Assembly: GCA_963719645.1 (NCBI GenBank)
Contig: CAVRCT010000001.1
Location: 509,644 to 573,643, forward strand
Source of the DNA: an uncultured Gammaproteobacteria bacterium
Lineage (GTDB): Bacteria; Pseudomonadota; Gammaproteobacteria; DSM-16500
Direction: 5' to 3'
DNA: 64,000 nucleotides
Shown: piece after piece, positions 42,878-53,106 of the stretch
Position numbering within the stretch: position 1 is the first letter of the stretch
How the letters are laid out: each line of letters begins with the position of its first letter
The notes under the pieces: model-generated
What the model was told of the DNA's origin: nothing
The model's database searches: none
What the model saw: only the letters and a program-made list of their open reading frames with translations
Program-made: the position numbers and the translations under genes

Positions 42878-44419
42878 CTAAAGCTGTATAAACTGCGGCA
42901 ACAACTTGCGGTAATCATCTTCGGTAACGCATCCACGGATTCGAGTTAACATAGCGCATAAATATCGATAAGGTTCGATATTGTTTGCTTTGCAAGTTTC
43001 AATGAGCGAATAGAAGATAGCACCTGCTTTTGCTCCACTCGGACTTGCATTGAATAACCAGTTTTTGCGACCAATCGCAAATGGGCGTATGGCATTTTCA
43101 ACTAGGTTATTATCTATTTCGACACGACCATTAATTAAATAATTATTCAATTCTGTCCAGTTACCGACACAGTAACGAATAGCTTTACCAATAGCGCCTT
43201 GTTCTGAGGTTTTAGGTGTGTGATGATCAAGCCATTTTTTAAATGCTGCAAGTACAGGAACAGATTTTTCTTGGCGTAATTTATATCGCTCTTCTGGCGT
43301 TAATTGGTTATCTCGTGCTTCGCTTTCAACCGCATAAAGCTTTCGATAAAACTTTATAGCTTCATGCGCAAGACCAGATGTTTTTTGTGTTTTTGCTAAC
43401 TCAGCAAATGGTCTTCTTGCATGAGCGTGACATCCAACACGTAAAATTTCTTCTTTATCATTCGCCCAGTTATAACCGGAGAATGCATCACTTTGTAAAT
43501 AGCCTTCAAACCCCAACAAAAATTGTTGCGCGTGGTAACCACCGCGAGTTTCTTGATATTCATAAACAATACAAGGATTACTTCCTCCGCCGCGATAAAC
43601 CCACATATAAGATTTGGTGCGATTATCACGTCCAACTTCATTTAAAACTTGTACGCTTGTTTCATCGACTTGAACATAATCGTTAGAAATAATAATTTTT
43701 TGTAATAACCTAACAAGAGGTACAGCAAATTCTGCAGTTTTTAACACCCAACCACATAAACTGCTGCGTGGCATATCTATTTCCATGCGCTTCCACATTT
43801 CTTCTTGTCGATAAAGCGGAAGATGATCACAATATTTTGAGACGACAACATGAGCAACTAATTCGGGTGTCGCGATGCTTTTTGGTAAAAGCAATACGGG
43901 CATTGGTGCAATTTTTACATTCTCTTGACAAGGCTTACATGCATACTTCGGTCTCACATGCTGGATTACACTGACTTTCGCAGGGATGTATTTGAGTTGT
44001 TCGCTAATTTCATTACCTATATGCATTAGAGGCGTGCCACAACCACAGATTTTTTCCATTTCAGATATATCGTGCATTATAACTTCACGTGGAAGATAGG
44101 CTGGTAACGGCTTGCGTATTGGGTGTTTTTTACGAACATGCGACTGAACTTTTATTTCTTCATCTTCAATATGCTCTTTGACTTCATCTGGCAAGTCAAT
44201 GCCAGCTTCATCGAACATGTCTGGCTGTAAAATATTTTTTTCTGATGATGGCGAAAAATATCGTTGCTTTGATAAGCGAATCTCTTCAAGAAGATTCGCA
44301 TATTTTATTTTGTATTCTGCAAATTCATTTTGATTTTTATGCAGAGCTTCTTGCAGATGAAGAATGATGTTTTTTAATTCTTCTTCTGATTTTGGTAAGT
44401 TTTCAATATTAAATTTCAT
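42878..44419 (-). CDS. tnpC: IS66-family DDE transposase (TnpC)
   Basis: 513 aa. CGCGTPLMHIG...CKPCQ zinc finger, DHLPLYRQ, VDETSVQVL, DNNLVENAIRPF. Confidence 0.95.
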   Translation of the reverse strand: MKFNIENLPKSEEELKNIILHLQEALHKNQNEFAEYKIKYANLLEEIRLSKQRYFSPSSEKNILQPDMFDEAGIDLPDEVKEHIEDEEIKVQSHVRKKHPIRKPLPAYLPREVIMHDISEMEKICGCGTPLMHIGNEISEQLKYIPAKVSVIQHVRPKYACKPCQENVKIAPMPVLLLPKSIATPELVAHVVVSKYCDHLPLYRQEEMWKRMEIDMPRSSLCGWVLKTAEFAVPLVRLLQKIIISNDYVQVDETSVQVLNEVGRDNRTKSYMWVYRGGGSNPCIVYEYQETRGGYHAQQFLLGFEGYLQSDAFSGYNWANDKEEILRVGCHAHARRPFAELAKTQKTSGLAHEAIKFYRKLYAVESEARDNQLTPEERYKLRQEKSVPVLAAFKKWLDHHTPKTSEQGAIGKAIRYCVGNWTELNNYLINGRVEIDNNLVENAIRPFAIGRKNWLFNASPSGAKAGAIFYSLIETCKANNIEPYRYLCAMLTRIRGCVTEDDYRKLLPQFIQL

Positions 44420-44459
44420 GCGCTCAATATAGCAAAGAATAGCTATATTTTCGAGTATT

Positions 44460-44810
44460 TTAGCAAAAACTTTCTATCTGGCTTGACCTCATATTATTGA
44501 TTCGAGAATATTTGTCGCTTGCTAGCAACCATTTTAAATGCTCTCTGCTCATCTCAATACAACCTTCCGCATCACGAGCAAAAACAAACCTGCCTCTCTC
44601 TAATCGACGGTACCACAAAGTAAAACAATTCATCTCATAATAAAGAGCTTTTAATTTGTTACCACTTTTCCCGCGAAATAGAAATAAACTTCCGTCAATT
44701 GGATTCATTTTCATGATTTCAGAAATCAAAATATTAAGAGTATCAATTGACTTTCTCATATCAACCGGCTGAGTATAAAAATAAATTTTCACATCATCAG
44801 GTATTAACAT
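44460..44810 (-). CDS. tnpB: IS66 Orf2 (TnpB)
   Basis: 116 aa. IYFYTQPVDMRKSIDTLNILISEIMKMNPIDGSLFLFRGKSGNKLKALYYEMNCFTLWYRRLERGRF. Confidence 0.92.
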   Translation of the reverse strand: MLIPDDVKIYFYTQPVDMRKSIDTLNILISEIMKMNPIDGSLFLFRGKSGNKLKALYYEMNCFTLWYRRLERGRFVFARDAEGCIEMSREHLKWLLASDKYSRINNMRSSQIESFC

Positions 44811-45118
44811 GCCAATAATACCTCTACTAGTTTTTTAATGTGCAATGCATCTACAGCAGAAGAAAACACGCATTGAAATCCATTTGGTAAATTCAAACGT
44901 ATTTCTTTTTCGTTTGATTGTTGATTGATTTTAACCGAAGCAAACGATCCGACTGGTTTTAGATCTTTCAAAGGTTTTGGCTTTAAAATACCGCGATAAT
45001 ATCCAAATTGTGCTGAGGATAAATTTTTTTGTTTGCAAAAATTAATTTGGGACAGGCCACTTTGTTCTTGCTCTTCGATTAAGATTTTCCACTTTTCTCG
45101 TTGCTCGACTTTATCCAT
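44804..45118 (-). CDS. tnpA: IS66 accessory protein TnpA-like
   Basis: 104 aa: MDKVEQREKWKILIEEQEQSGLSQINFCKQKNLSSAQFGYY... The identical N-terminus is encoded at 63846-64000. Confidence 0.85.
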   Translation of the reverse strand: MDKVEQREKWKILIEEQEQSGLSQINFCKQKNLSSAQFGYYRGILKPKPLKDLKPVGSFASVKINQQSNEKEIRLNLPNGFQCVFSSAVDALHIKKLVEVLLAC

Positions 45119-45195
45119 TTATTTGCTCCTTGATTATTGAAGGAAATAGGATGGAGTAATTTTAGGGGGTTGAGAAGATGGGGTTGGCTAAACGC

Positions 45196-46512
45196 TTACG
45201 TCGAAATAAATCCGCGGATGCGTACAAAAATATCAGCTCCTTTTGCTGATCGAAATCCACCTGATATTTTTTGTTTACACTTCATCATACGAATATCTCG
45301 TTCAGCTTGGTTATTTGTAAATGGAACAAGTGGATTCATCAAAAACCTTAACACATCATCGCGATAGTTTTTTAGCCTTAAAAGTAAATTGTGGCCTGCG
45401 CGGCGTGCTTTTCGCCCGCGATTCTCTTTATCTGAGAATAAAGGTAAATTTTCATGATAAAAAACACCTTCATCCACAATGGCATTGTATAAATGAGTTA
45501 GTCGATTTAATTTATCATCCGGAATAAATTGGTCTCCATAAGCATGTCGATAGCGCAATCCAAATTGCAAAAATCGCCGCATTTTCCTCGCCCATGGTTC
45601 TTTGTCATATTCAATCAGCGCTTTTAGTTCACGCATATGATGCTGATTACATAACGCATGTAACACATCAGATAATTGATAATAAGGTTTCCAATGATCG
45701 TGCACTACGATGCCTTTCAACTTTTCTAAAAGAGATTTTCGTTTTTTTGAAACATGGTAATACGTTAGATGCTTCGTTGATGCAACATGCAGCCATTGTG
45801 TACAGCCTGTTACTCGAAACCCTGTTTCATCCAAATGTTTTACCGGTGCCGCTTGAATGTTTGACAACACTGCCTTATCAAAATCGTCTAATTTGTTATA
45901 TGCCGATTCACTAAAATGATTGAGCGTTGCTGTTGCTAGATTGACATTGAATAAATCGCGAAATGTTTCTTGCAAGCGATCTTCTGGAATAAGCTGTTGG
46001 TGCTGAAAATAGAGGCTATAACTCTGAATAACTTTTCCATATTGAACAGGTGCATTGATGCCTTCAGGAAAAACAGCCATGACACGTCGATGGCAGCACG
46101 AGCACATTTTTATTTCTGCTTGATGTTCAGTGACTTCAAGCGTTGGTAGTGGAATATCAAAAACTTGTCGTTTTAAAATGCCTAACACTTCCACTTTTGT
46201 CAACGATGTCAAGCAATGAGGGCATGTTGATAGTGCATGACGTTCAAATCTATTCGGTGCTTGAACTTGCTTCAGTGTTTCGCCTTTATGACCCACTTGA
46301 CCACCGCTTTTCTGTTTGCTTTTTTGTCGCAATGAGCTTGTTCGGGGTGGCTTTGATAAACCGTCACTTGAGGGTGGTTTTGAGCTATTGCTGCTATTCT
46401 TATCCAAGCGTTTTTCTAACTCAGCAATTCTGGCTGCCTGTTGTTTGACGATCTGCTCAAACACAGCAATTTTGTCCATGAGCTTTTGAATAAGTAAGTC
46501 TTTTTCGTCCAT
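45196..46512 (-). pseudogene. Single-ORF IS66-family transposase, 3'-truncated by the IS66 member-2 insertion
   Basis: 438 aa. Coiled-coil N-terminus, PPSSDG...GGQVGHKG, CPHC...CSCC zinc finger, HLDETGFRVTG..WLHV, NNQAERDIRMMK. The ORF ends ...RIRGFIST* exactly at the 45199 IS boundary. Confidence 0.8.
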
Positions 46513-46593
46513 GCGCGTATTTCAACACATTTGCGTTGAATCTGCAAAAAGGAAAGGTATCATGGTGTTATTGTATTAATCGGATGAATACGC

Positions 46594-47079
46594 TTGAAAT
46601 CCATTGGCAAACAACATCGCTGGCACTTTGCAGATATGCTGGATACAGGGCGTCGATTGTTTGCAAAAATTCATAAACGAAAACATTCTGCTAATTATAA
46701 CCACGAAATCCATTTTTTAGCACGCGAACTCAATGACTGGCTGCCAAAAGGCATTCAATCCATGATTGATGGCAATTACACGCCGCGACATTTGAAACGT
46801 TATTATTTTGTAGATGAGATGGTGGATCAGCTGTATGTATCAGACCGTATTTTCCAGCATGTTTTGCTGAAACAATTAAAACCGACATTCAAGTATGTAA
46901 TGAATCCCAATTGCTTGCATCTCTATGGCCCATCGGGTGTGAAGCGTGCAACGCAACGAATTCGTGAGGTATTGGAAAAAGAAAAGCCGGAATACATTAT
47001 TCGTGCAGACATCAAATCATTCTACAAATCCATCCCACATCATAAATTAACTCAAAATGGGCACGTTGGTGGGCAATGA
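46594..47079 (+). pseudogene. Reverse transcriptase (RVT_1-like) N-terminal fragment
   Basis: 161 aa (TTG start in the track). ...GNYTPRHLKRYYF...DRIFQHVLLKQLKP...IIRADIKSFYKSIPHHKL corresponds to RT motifs 1-2/2a and then stops. No YxDD motif. The 5' side abuts the IS66-family element. Confidence 0.55.
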
Positions 47080-47087
47080 CTTCAGCT

Positions 47088-47116
47088 GCGTGGAGTCACG
47101 AAGAATTACTCCACGC
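47088..47116. terminator. Hairpin between convergent genes
   Basis: GCGTGGAGT-CACGAAGAATT-ACTCCACGC followed by ATTTATT. Confidence 0.5.
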
Positions 47117-47137
47117 ATTTATTCAAACGTGTTGGGA

Positions 47138-48496
47138 TTATCGTCTTGCTGCAGTTGCAGTAGGGCTGCTTGAAAGCCCATCATTAGCAAGCGCTACCTC
47201 TTGCGATACTCGGGTTGCTGCGTAAGCGCGCGTTTTTGCTGCTGTCTTTGTTTGACGAAAGTTTTGCAATGTGCGCGGCGCGACGTGCTCCCGGGCCCAC
47301 GGCACCCCCCCGCCCGCCGCCCCGAGCCCCGCGTATTTTGTACCAGAGAAAAAACCATAAACCTCGGATACGCCTATGTCTGCCAATCTCTTTAAAGCAT
47401 CATTAGATCGCATGTCAAAACGACTTGGTCTTTTATTGCCGTCAGCAACCTGCCCGGCACCTGCATCCAATACTTCAAGATCACAGAGTTGAGCGAAACG
47501 GTGTACGGCAAGGTAGACCGCTACATCTACGATCCATGCTTTTCTTTCAGTATATCGCCCTAGTGTGGGTTGCGTCGGGTCGTCTCTGGTGGTATCCGGT
47601 ATCATGTCTTGTTCGTCAATGAACTGATTGAATAAATCAATAAAGTCGCCAAGAAACCGCCAAACATCAAGTGCCACCAGACCAAACTCCCCATTATCAA
47701 ACTCCTCCTCCTTCTCAGCGTCATTTAGCTGAAAGGCAGTCTGAATGAAATCCTGTACGAGCTTTGTCTTAAGATCGCTATCAAAGTCTCTTTGAGTCTC
47801 AGGGTCGTTTGAAATTTCATTGCATTGGATGACGTCTACAATAAATTTTCTGGTTCTAGCCACTTTACGTTGATGACGTTTTTCAGTTGCGAGCTGATGT
47901 TCCTGACTGGATGCTTTTGCAATTTGTTTGACTATTTTTTCTTGAACAGGAGGTTTACCAGGAAACAATGCTTGCATGCTTGGAATGATTGCGCAGGGTT
48001 CTGTCTTAGCATCTGGCGTTGTCACATCATACTCACCCAGCGCATCAAGTCCGCTGATAAGGCAATCTCGGTTTGCGGCTATCTGTCCGCCACGACCTCT
48101 CACTATTAGCTTAAATGGAAACTGAAGCTCGTCTAAAATATCGGGTCCACTTTTTATGGCGGCGAATGTGTCTTTAACATCAAGACGGCTCACTAAATTA
48201 AAAAGGGCTTGTTGTGCTCTTGCAGGCTGATAGAATTTATCATGCTTCTCGCGAAGTTGCTTGCTCACACGAAGGAAGGTAAGCGTTTCACTAGGCGTTA
48301 AAAAAGGCATGCAAGCCTGCTGTAGCGGATTAGGAAGCTGCTCAAAAGAGAACTGCTTCGCCGCTCCGCGAATAACGGCTTTTTCATCGGAAGACGCCGG
48401 TTTTTTTGGTTCAGGTGACGCAGATGATGTAGCTGTCGCTGATTTGGATTGCTGCGACCCAAACCACTTTTTAAAGGCGGATCTAATTGAAGCCAT
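47138..48496 (-). CDS. F-box-like motif protein (eukaryote-like effector candidate)
   Basis: 452 aa. Residues ~50-95 FSFEQLPNPLQQACMPFLTPSETLTFLRVSKQLREK fit the F-box pattern LP.E.L..I..FL...D.....VSK.W. The GC-rich, Ala/Gly-rich C-terminus contrasts with the local AT-richness. Confidence 0.6.
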   Translation of the reverse strand: MASIRSAFKKWFGSQQSKSATATSSASPEPKKPASSDEKAVIRGAAKQFSFEQLPNPLQQACMPFLTPSETLTFLRVSKQLREKHDKFYQPARAQQALFNLVSRLDVKDTFAAIKSGPDILDELQFPFKLIVRGRGGQIAANRDCLISGLDALGEYDVTTPDAKTEPCAIIPSMQALFPGKPPVQEKIVKQIAKASSQEHQLATEKRHQRKVARTRKFIVDVIQCNEISNDPETQRDFDSDLKTKLVQDFIQTAFQLNDAEKEEEFDNGEFGLVALDVWRFLGDFIDLFNQFIDEQDMIPDTTRDDPTQPTLGRYTERKAWIVDVAVYLAVHRFAQLCDLEVLDAGAGQVADGNKRPSRFDMRSNDALKRLADIGVSEVYGFFSGTKYAGLGAAGGGVPWAREHVAPRTLQNFRQTKTAAKTRAYAATRVSQEVALANDGLSSSPTATAARR

Positions 48497-48660
48497 TATT
48501 TTATCCTCGTTGTGTGAAAATATATGGCGACATTATAGCAGGCGCACCCTTAAGGCTTGATTAAATTTGCTTAAAATAAGCTAACTTGCAGATTTGACAG
48601 ATTTTTTTTTGATATCTAAATAGCAAAATTTTCGAAAAATCAGAGGAAGTAGCTGGGGAG

Positions 48661-50226
48661 TTACAATATTTTTTGGAAAAATGCCGATAAGAATTTTCGG
48701 TTTTCAGGGGTATCATCCATCTGGCAAGGGTTAAAACCCGTTGGTATACCAGGTTTGATGTTTTCATAAATACCGCGCATCGCTCTGACTAAAATTTCTA
48801 AGCCTCGGTCTTTATCAAAAATGATCCGTTTGCCACCGAATTTCATACTTTGTAGGATGAGGAAGCCGATCAATACTGTTTTACCAATGCCCATTGCACC
48901 AAATATCAAGAAGTTTCCAACATCCTTATAGTGAAAATTGAAGTAGTAAGGGCTTCCTGACAACGTTTCAAATACAGTGACCGCATCTCCCCAATGATTG
49001 CCGCTTCGGTTCCCAGAGGTGAAATTATGTAAGCTAGCGAATGAAGCCATGTTCTTTGTTGAAATATCCGCTGCACGAAGGATAAAACCGAAATTGCCAG
49101 GAAGCTGCGCCCAGAAACCGCATTCAGCCGCTATATCTTCTTTTACACATGCAATATCAATATCGGAAAACTTTGCTGTGATTTTTGCGACGTGTTTATT
49201 AAGCTCATCTTGTGAATCTGCATAGCAAACCAGAGTTAGATGATGACGGCCATATCCCACTTCACCGCTTGCCGTATCGTCGAACGCTTCATCGATTTGC
49301 TCAGTTTGAGTAATTGATTCATCCTTGGATTGCAGCATTTCTTTCTGCTGATCACGCAATTTTTGCTTTGCAATTTGTCTATCATAAAATCGGAAGGATT
49401 GCGTAATAACGTATTCAACTTTGAGCAGACCCAATTCGTCTAAGATGCCTGGATAAGTAACAGGCTGGTATGCCTTGATAGATAAAACCGCAGCAAATTT
49501 CTTGCTGCCATCACCTGAGCGCATTTCAACGGCACCCGATTTAGCATTGAAAAAAAAGCGCTTTCTAGGTAAAGCAACCGATGAATCCATCAGGTGAGCT
49601 GGCACAGAGCTTTTGTCAAAGTTCACAATCTGCGATAACAGCTCAAGAGGTTCTGAATATTTAACATTATTTTTTTCATAAAAAGACAGTAGTCTTGGTT
49701 GATAATCTATTAATGAGCTTAATACCTTTTGAGTAACATCACCGAGCTCTTTATGTCGATCAATCAAATACTGCTGTTTTAAATGCTTGTCCGTAGCAAT
49801 CTGTAATTGTTTTAAAAAATTAAATCCTTTATTGATAAAACCTTCCGCTGGCTTGGTAATAATTGCTAGATAAAGTTCTTTGTGGAACATTTCTGCCAGT
49901 TGAATTTTACCTCTATATTTTTTGTTTACGTCCGCTGCGAATCCATCGGAAAAATCACCGTTGGGATACTCAATTGATTTTCTTCTGACTTCCCAAAAAT
50001 ACATGGCAAATTCAGAGGAGAAATTTTTAAATAAATTATTCCGATTATTTTTATAAGAATTCAAAACCTGACTGCTTTCAGATATGGAATCAATTCCTGC
50101 TAGATGTATGATCTTAATTAACTTTCCACTTTTATCTAACAACGTCCCATCGTCATAATGCCTTAAGACATTTATAAATTTTGAAACGGGTTCTTCTCTC
50201 TGTATTTTTTTATTAACATTGTTCAT
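48661..50226 (-). pseudogene. virB4: VirB4/TrbE-family T4SS ATPase, 3'-truncated
   Basis: 521 aa. N-terminal CagE/TrbE/VirB domain and Walker A GAMGIGKT are present. The ORF ends about 60 aa after Walker A (…NRKFLSAFFQKIL*), so Walker B and the C-terminal roughly one-third are missing. Confidence 0.8.
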
Positions 50227-50232
50227 GATTGT

Positions 50233-50532
50233 TTACCAAGGTATATAGCTGTTTGTCTTGCCCCAAAAACTGTAATTCAATATAGGTGGCGTCTTAAAAA
50301 ATGACTTAGCCCAGAGATTAAAGAAATTAGGTTCTTTGATAGAAAGCTTGACCATCACTAGATGGTTAAGAACTAGTAATGGAATTCCCCAAAAGGTATG
50401 AGCATCAATACAAACCAAAGCGAAAACTGCTACGTTTGCAAAAAATAGTCGTATATTGATACCCATAAACATAGGAGATTTTGTCAATCCAACGGCGAGA
50501 TGATCGACTTCTAATAAATTTTCATTTGTCAT
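50233..50532 (-). CDS. virB3: VirB3-family T4SS inner-membrane protein
   Basis: Start taken at the internal ATG 50532: MTNENLLEVDHLAVGLTKSPMFMGINIRLFFANVAVFALV... (the L..GLT+P..F.G pattern). The track ORF extends to 50616, overlapping virB2. Confidence 0.8.
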   Translation of the reverse strand: MTNENLLEVDHLAVGLTKSPMFMGINIRLFFANVAVFALVCIDAHTFWGIPLLVLNHLVMVKLSIKEPNFFNLWAKSFFKTPPILNYSFWGKTNSYIPW

Positions 50533-50542
50533 ATTTTTTTGA

Positions 50543-50875
50543 CTAAAAGCCGTGTGAAACAAGGGATGTGATACCGGATACGATTGAGCCAGCGCCAAAA
50601 ATAATTGAAATGCCAATGATGGTGTAGCCGAGTGCTGACCACTTCAACACATGGCCTAAGCAAAGCAATCCGACAATCATCACTGCAATAGTTGAGATTG
50701 CAATACCAGTGGCGCCATACATTGCACTGGTGATGTAACGCAATCCATCACTCACTGGTGTATCACCAGCAGCAAAGGTAATAGAAGGTGTGGCAACTAA
50801 CATCAGCGCTATCAGTTTTTCAGAAATGGATTTAACCTTTTTACAAATTTTTTGCATGAAAATCCCCCGACTCAT
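50543..50875 (-). CDS. virB2: VirB2/TrbC-family T4SS pilin
   Basis: Signal peptide ...LIALMLVATPSITFAAG, then two hydrophobic helices (GATGIAISTIAVMIVGLLCLG, ALGYTIIGISIIFGAGSIVSGI). The likely true start is the second ATG at 50857 (GGGGGA 7 nt upstream). Confidence 0.8.
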   Translation of the reverse strand: MSRGIFMQKICKKVKSISEKLIALMLVATPSITFAAGDTPVSDGLRYITSAMYGATGIAISTIAVMIVGLLCLGHVLKWSALGYTIIGISIIFGAGSIVSGITSLVSHGF

Positions 50876-50922
50876 TTAAGAGCCTGATTGTTTAAAATGA
50901 TTGATGGAAGAGAAAACGAAAA

Positions 50923-50950
50923 AAGCCAAACCTGTGTCCAAGTTTGGCTT
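50923..50950. terminator. Hairpin AAGCCAAAC-N10-GTTTGGCTT
   Basis: 9-bp stem flanked by A-run and T-run, in the gap between 51105..51779 and virB2. Confidence 0.45.
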
Positions 50951-50963
50951 TTGGTGTCCAGAA

Positions 50964-50995
50964 ATAAAAAAACCCGCATTTTGGCGGGTTTTTCT
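50964..50995. terminator. Bidirectional rho-independent-type terminator
   Basis: AAAAAAAACCCGC-ATTTTG-GCGGGTTTTTCTT. GC stem with an A-run on one side and a T-run on the other. Confidence 0.6.
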
Positions 50996-51104
50996 TACAA
51001 CTATTTCAGTATGGTGTATTTTTACCAAAACCCTATAGCAGTGTCAAGCGCCCTCTTGCTTCTTAACTTATGTGCTTTAAGCAACATGGATCCCGGCCAA
51101 TCAA

Positions 51105-51779
51105 TTAACCTCTATATCCAGGTAAAATGTATTTATCAGGATCAGAATCTACTTTATTTGCAGTGGCGAAAGCCGATTTTGTCAGTCCATCATTTTTATC
51201 TAAACCGGTATAACCTAATGCAGTTGCTTCAGTGAAGGTAATTACTTTGTCTCGAACCGCTTTTTGTAAAAATTCGGTATGGGTAAAAAATACAGTATTT
51301 CTTGATTCGTTAAGTGCTTTAGCAAGCCAATCCTCCGTAGAACCACCTGAGGCAATATGACTTAATATGGCTTCTCTTTCTTTAAATGGATTTTTTTTAT
51401 ATTTCATAGCAAGTTGTAAAAAAATAAAATACTCTCGCGTTGAAAATTTTTCGCAGGAGACAATCTTGCTCACAGGGAAAAGGTTATGAACACCATTCAC
51501 TTTGATAGCCATACAATCTTTTAAATCACCAAAGTCACTGCTAATAACCGCCAGTCGTTTTGGATCGGAAGCAGCTTTGCTCTTCAGTGCATCAATAAAG
51601 CTCTCCCCAGTTTCAACACTGTAAGCAATCTTCGATTCCTTAAGCGCACCTTCCATTTTTTTTAATTCATCCTTAGATGAAAGAAAAAGACGGAAATTGG
51701 GATTGTTTCCTTCAGGATTGATATAAAAAGCTTTATATTCTTTTGAATTCAATTTGTTTCTTATAAATGTAGCTGGCAT
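51105..51779 (-). CDS. Hypothetical protein (224 aa)
   Basis: Clean ORF. No family recognised. Confidence 0.55.
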   Translation of the reverse strand: MPATFIRNKLNSKEYKAFYINPEGNNPNFRLFLSSKDELKKMEGALKESKIAYSVETGESFIDALKSKAASDPKRLAVISSDFGDLKDCMAIKVNGVHNLFPVSKIVSCEKFSTREYFIFLQLAMKYKKNPFKEREAILSHIASGGSTEDWLAKALNESRNTVFFTHTEFLQKAVRDKVITFTEATALGYTGLDKNDGLTKSAFATANKVDSDPDKYILPGYRG

Positions 51780-52368
51780 AAAATGACTCCTCTTTGTCGT
51801 TTTTTAAAAACCTGGTGAAAATAATAGCAAAAAAAGCTTTTAAATAACACATTTTTTTGTGTAAAAATTGTATCTAGTATTGCTACTCTCTATTTTTACA
51901 CAACGTTAAATGAAGACGACGCCACTGAGTCTAAAGATTCATTAAATGATAGCAAGCAAACCGTTTTTTTTTGTAAATTCTGACAATGATGTTATAGACA
52001 TAACCTCTGCTAATAAAGAAAAATAACAAATCAACAGCCCAACGTTGAAGCTCAGCCTTTGCTTGAATTAGTTATTCACGATCCCGCTCCTTCTTCTTAT
52101 AGATTACAATCTGCATGTCGCGAACAACCTATTGGATTGCTATCACAATAGCTATCAGGAGCCATCGCTAAACCCGTGACGCCTCAAGTTCCCATCCTAG
52201 ATGAAAAGTGCGAACCTGTATTAGAAAAACGTTTTGTTTAATTTATATCGAATAATATAATACAAAACATGTATCGTTACTGTAAAAATAATGTATGCAT
52301 GATAAAGTAAGGTTTTTATTTGAGGCAATGCGGTGCACAAATTTATTTATAATTTATCTCGAAAACCG

Positions 52369-53088
52369 CTATTTCTTATTGCTCGTAATTTTATAAATGT
52401 CTATTGCTGTCAGATATTCAACGATAGCGTAATTTTTATGGCTAAATGCATCTTTAAAAGCTTTATCATTTTCAGCATGGATATCTACACCATGATCGAC
52501 TAGAAACCGAACTGCATCAATATAGCCATTCGCGCATGCATCTAATAATTTTTTCTCAAATCCCGTTTTAAAATTTACACCTAATGACTTTAAACATTTA
52601 AAATTATATAGGAGATGATTTTGAAGGGTTTTAGAAAACTTATGTTTGTCATTACATTTTGTAAAAAATAGCTTGGTATTGTTATGCTTAATAAAAATAT
52701 CGGTATGATCTTGTTTAATTGTTGAAAAAAAGTAATCTGTGAACTCGCATGCTCTTATTAGCATCGCATCATCAATATTATTAAAATGAAAAATGCTTTT
52801 TATAAATCTTAAGCATTCTTTCAGATTTTCAGCTCTCTCTTTTGTTAAGGTCGAATTACTATTAATATCTTTTAAAAAGACTACAAGCCTGGCAAGTTTT
52901 TTCTTCTTATTTTTCTTAGCATCTCCAGTTAAAAATGTTACATTATTCAGATCCCAATAAGGACATCCAAATTCCAAATAGACACCGCCAGCGGAAATTT
53001 CAAATAATTTTTCTCTCAGCTTACTAAGCCAATTGAAATCGTCAAAGATAACAGCCACCTCATCGAATGATATTTTTCCAGTATTCAT
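52369..53088 (-). CDS. Orphan protein: N-terminal domain paralogous to 53107..53577, plus C-terminal ankyrin repeat(s)
   Basis: 239 aa. ANK: LLDACANGYIDAVRFLVDHGVDIHAENDKAFKDAFSHKNYAIVEYL. N-terminal NWLSKLREKLFEISAGGVYLEFGCPYW aligns with AWLKYLCSSLKKIIDGYVYLSFGSPYR of the neighbour. Confidence 0.65.
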   Translation of the reverse strand: MNTGKISFDEVAVIFDDFNWLSKLREKLFEISAGGVYLEFGCPYWDLNNVTFLTGDAKKNKKKKLARLVVFLKDINSNSTLTKERAENLKECLRFIKSIFHFNNIDDAMLIRACEFTDYFFSTIKQDHTDIFIKHNNTKLFFTKCNDKHKFSKTLQNHLLYNFKCLKSLGVNFKTGFEKKLLDACANGYIDAVRFLVDHGVDIHAENDKAFKDAFSHKNYAIVEYLTAIDIYKITSNKK

Positions 53089-53106
53089 AGTATTTGCTCT
53101 ATCAAA

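Larger units (their letters stand above)
42849..45199 (-). mobile_element. IS66-family insertion sequence (member 2), complete; inserted into the 3' end of another IS66-family transposase gene
   Basis: Right end ...GGCTAAACGCTTAC (to 45199). Left end GTAACCGTTCCGCAATCC (from 42849) is an imperfect inverted repeat (about 16/23). Three ORFs. The first 236 bp are repeated in inverted orientation at 63765-64000. Confidence 0.85.

Noticed and set aside
42841-45207. A target-site duplication for the complete IS66 member-2 copy.
   Set aside because: The flanks ATCGAACG and GTCGAAAT share only a TCGAA core. This is not a clean 8-bp TSD, and the left boundary rests on an imperfect IR, so the TSD is left uncalled.
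51850-52260. Short protein-like open stretches on the plus strand in the 51.8-52.4 kb gap (e.g. …QQPNVEAQPLLELVIHDPAPSSYRLQSACREQPIGLLSQ*, …LSGAIAKPVTPQVPILDEKCEPVLEKRFV*).
   Set aside because: They are probably remnants of a decayed gene. They are in several frames, each under 45 aa, with no recognisable motif, so I cannot assign them.
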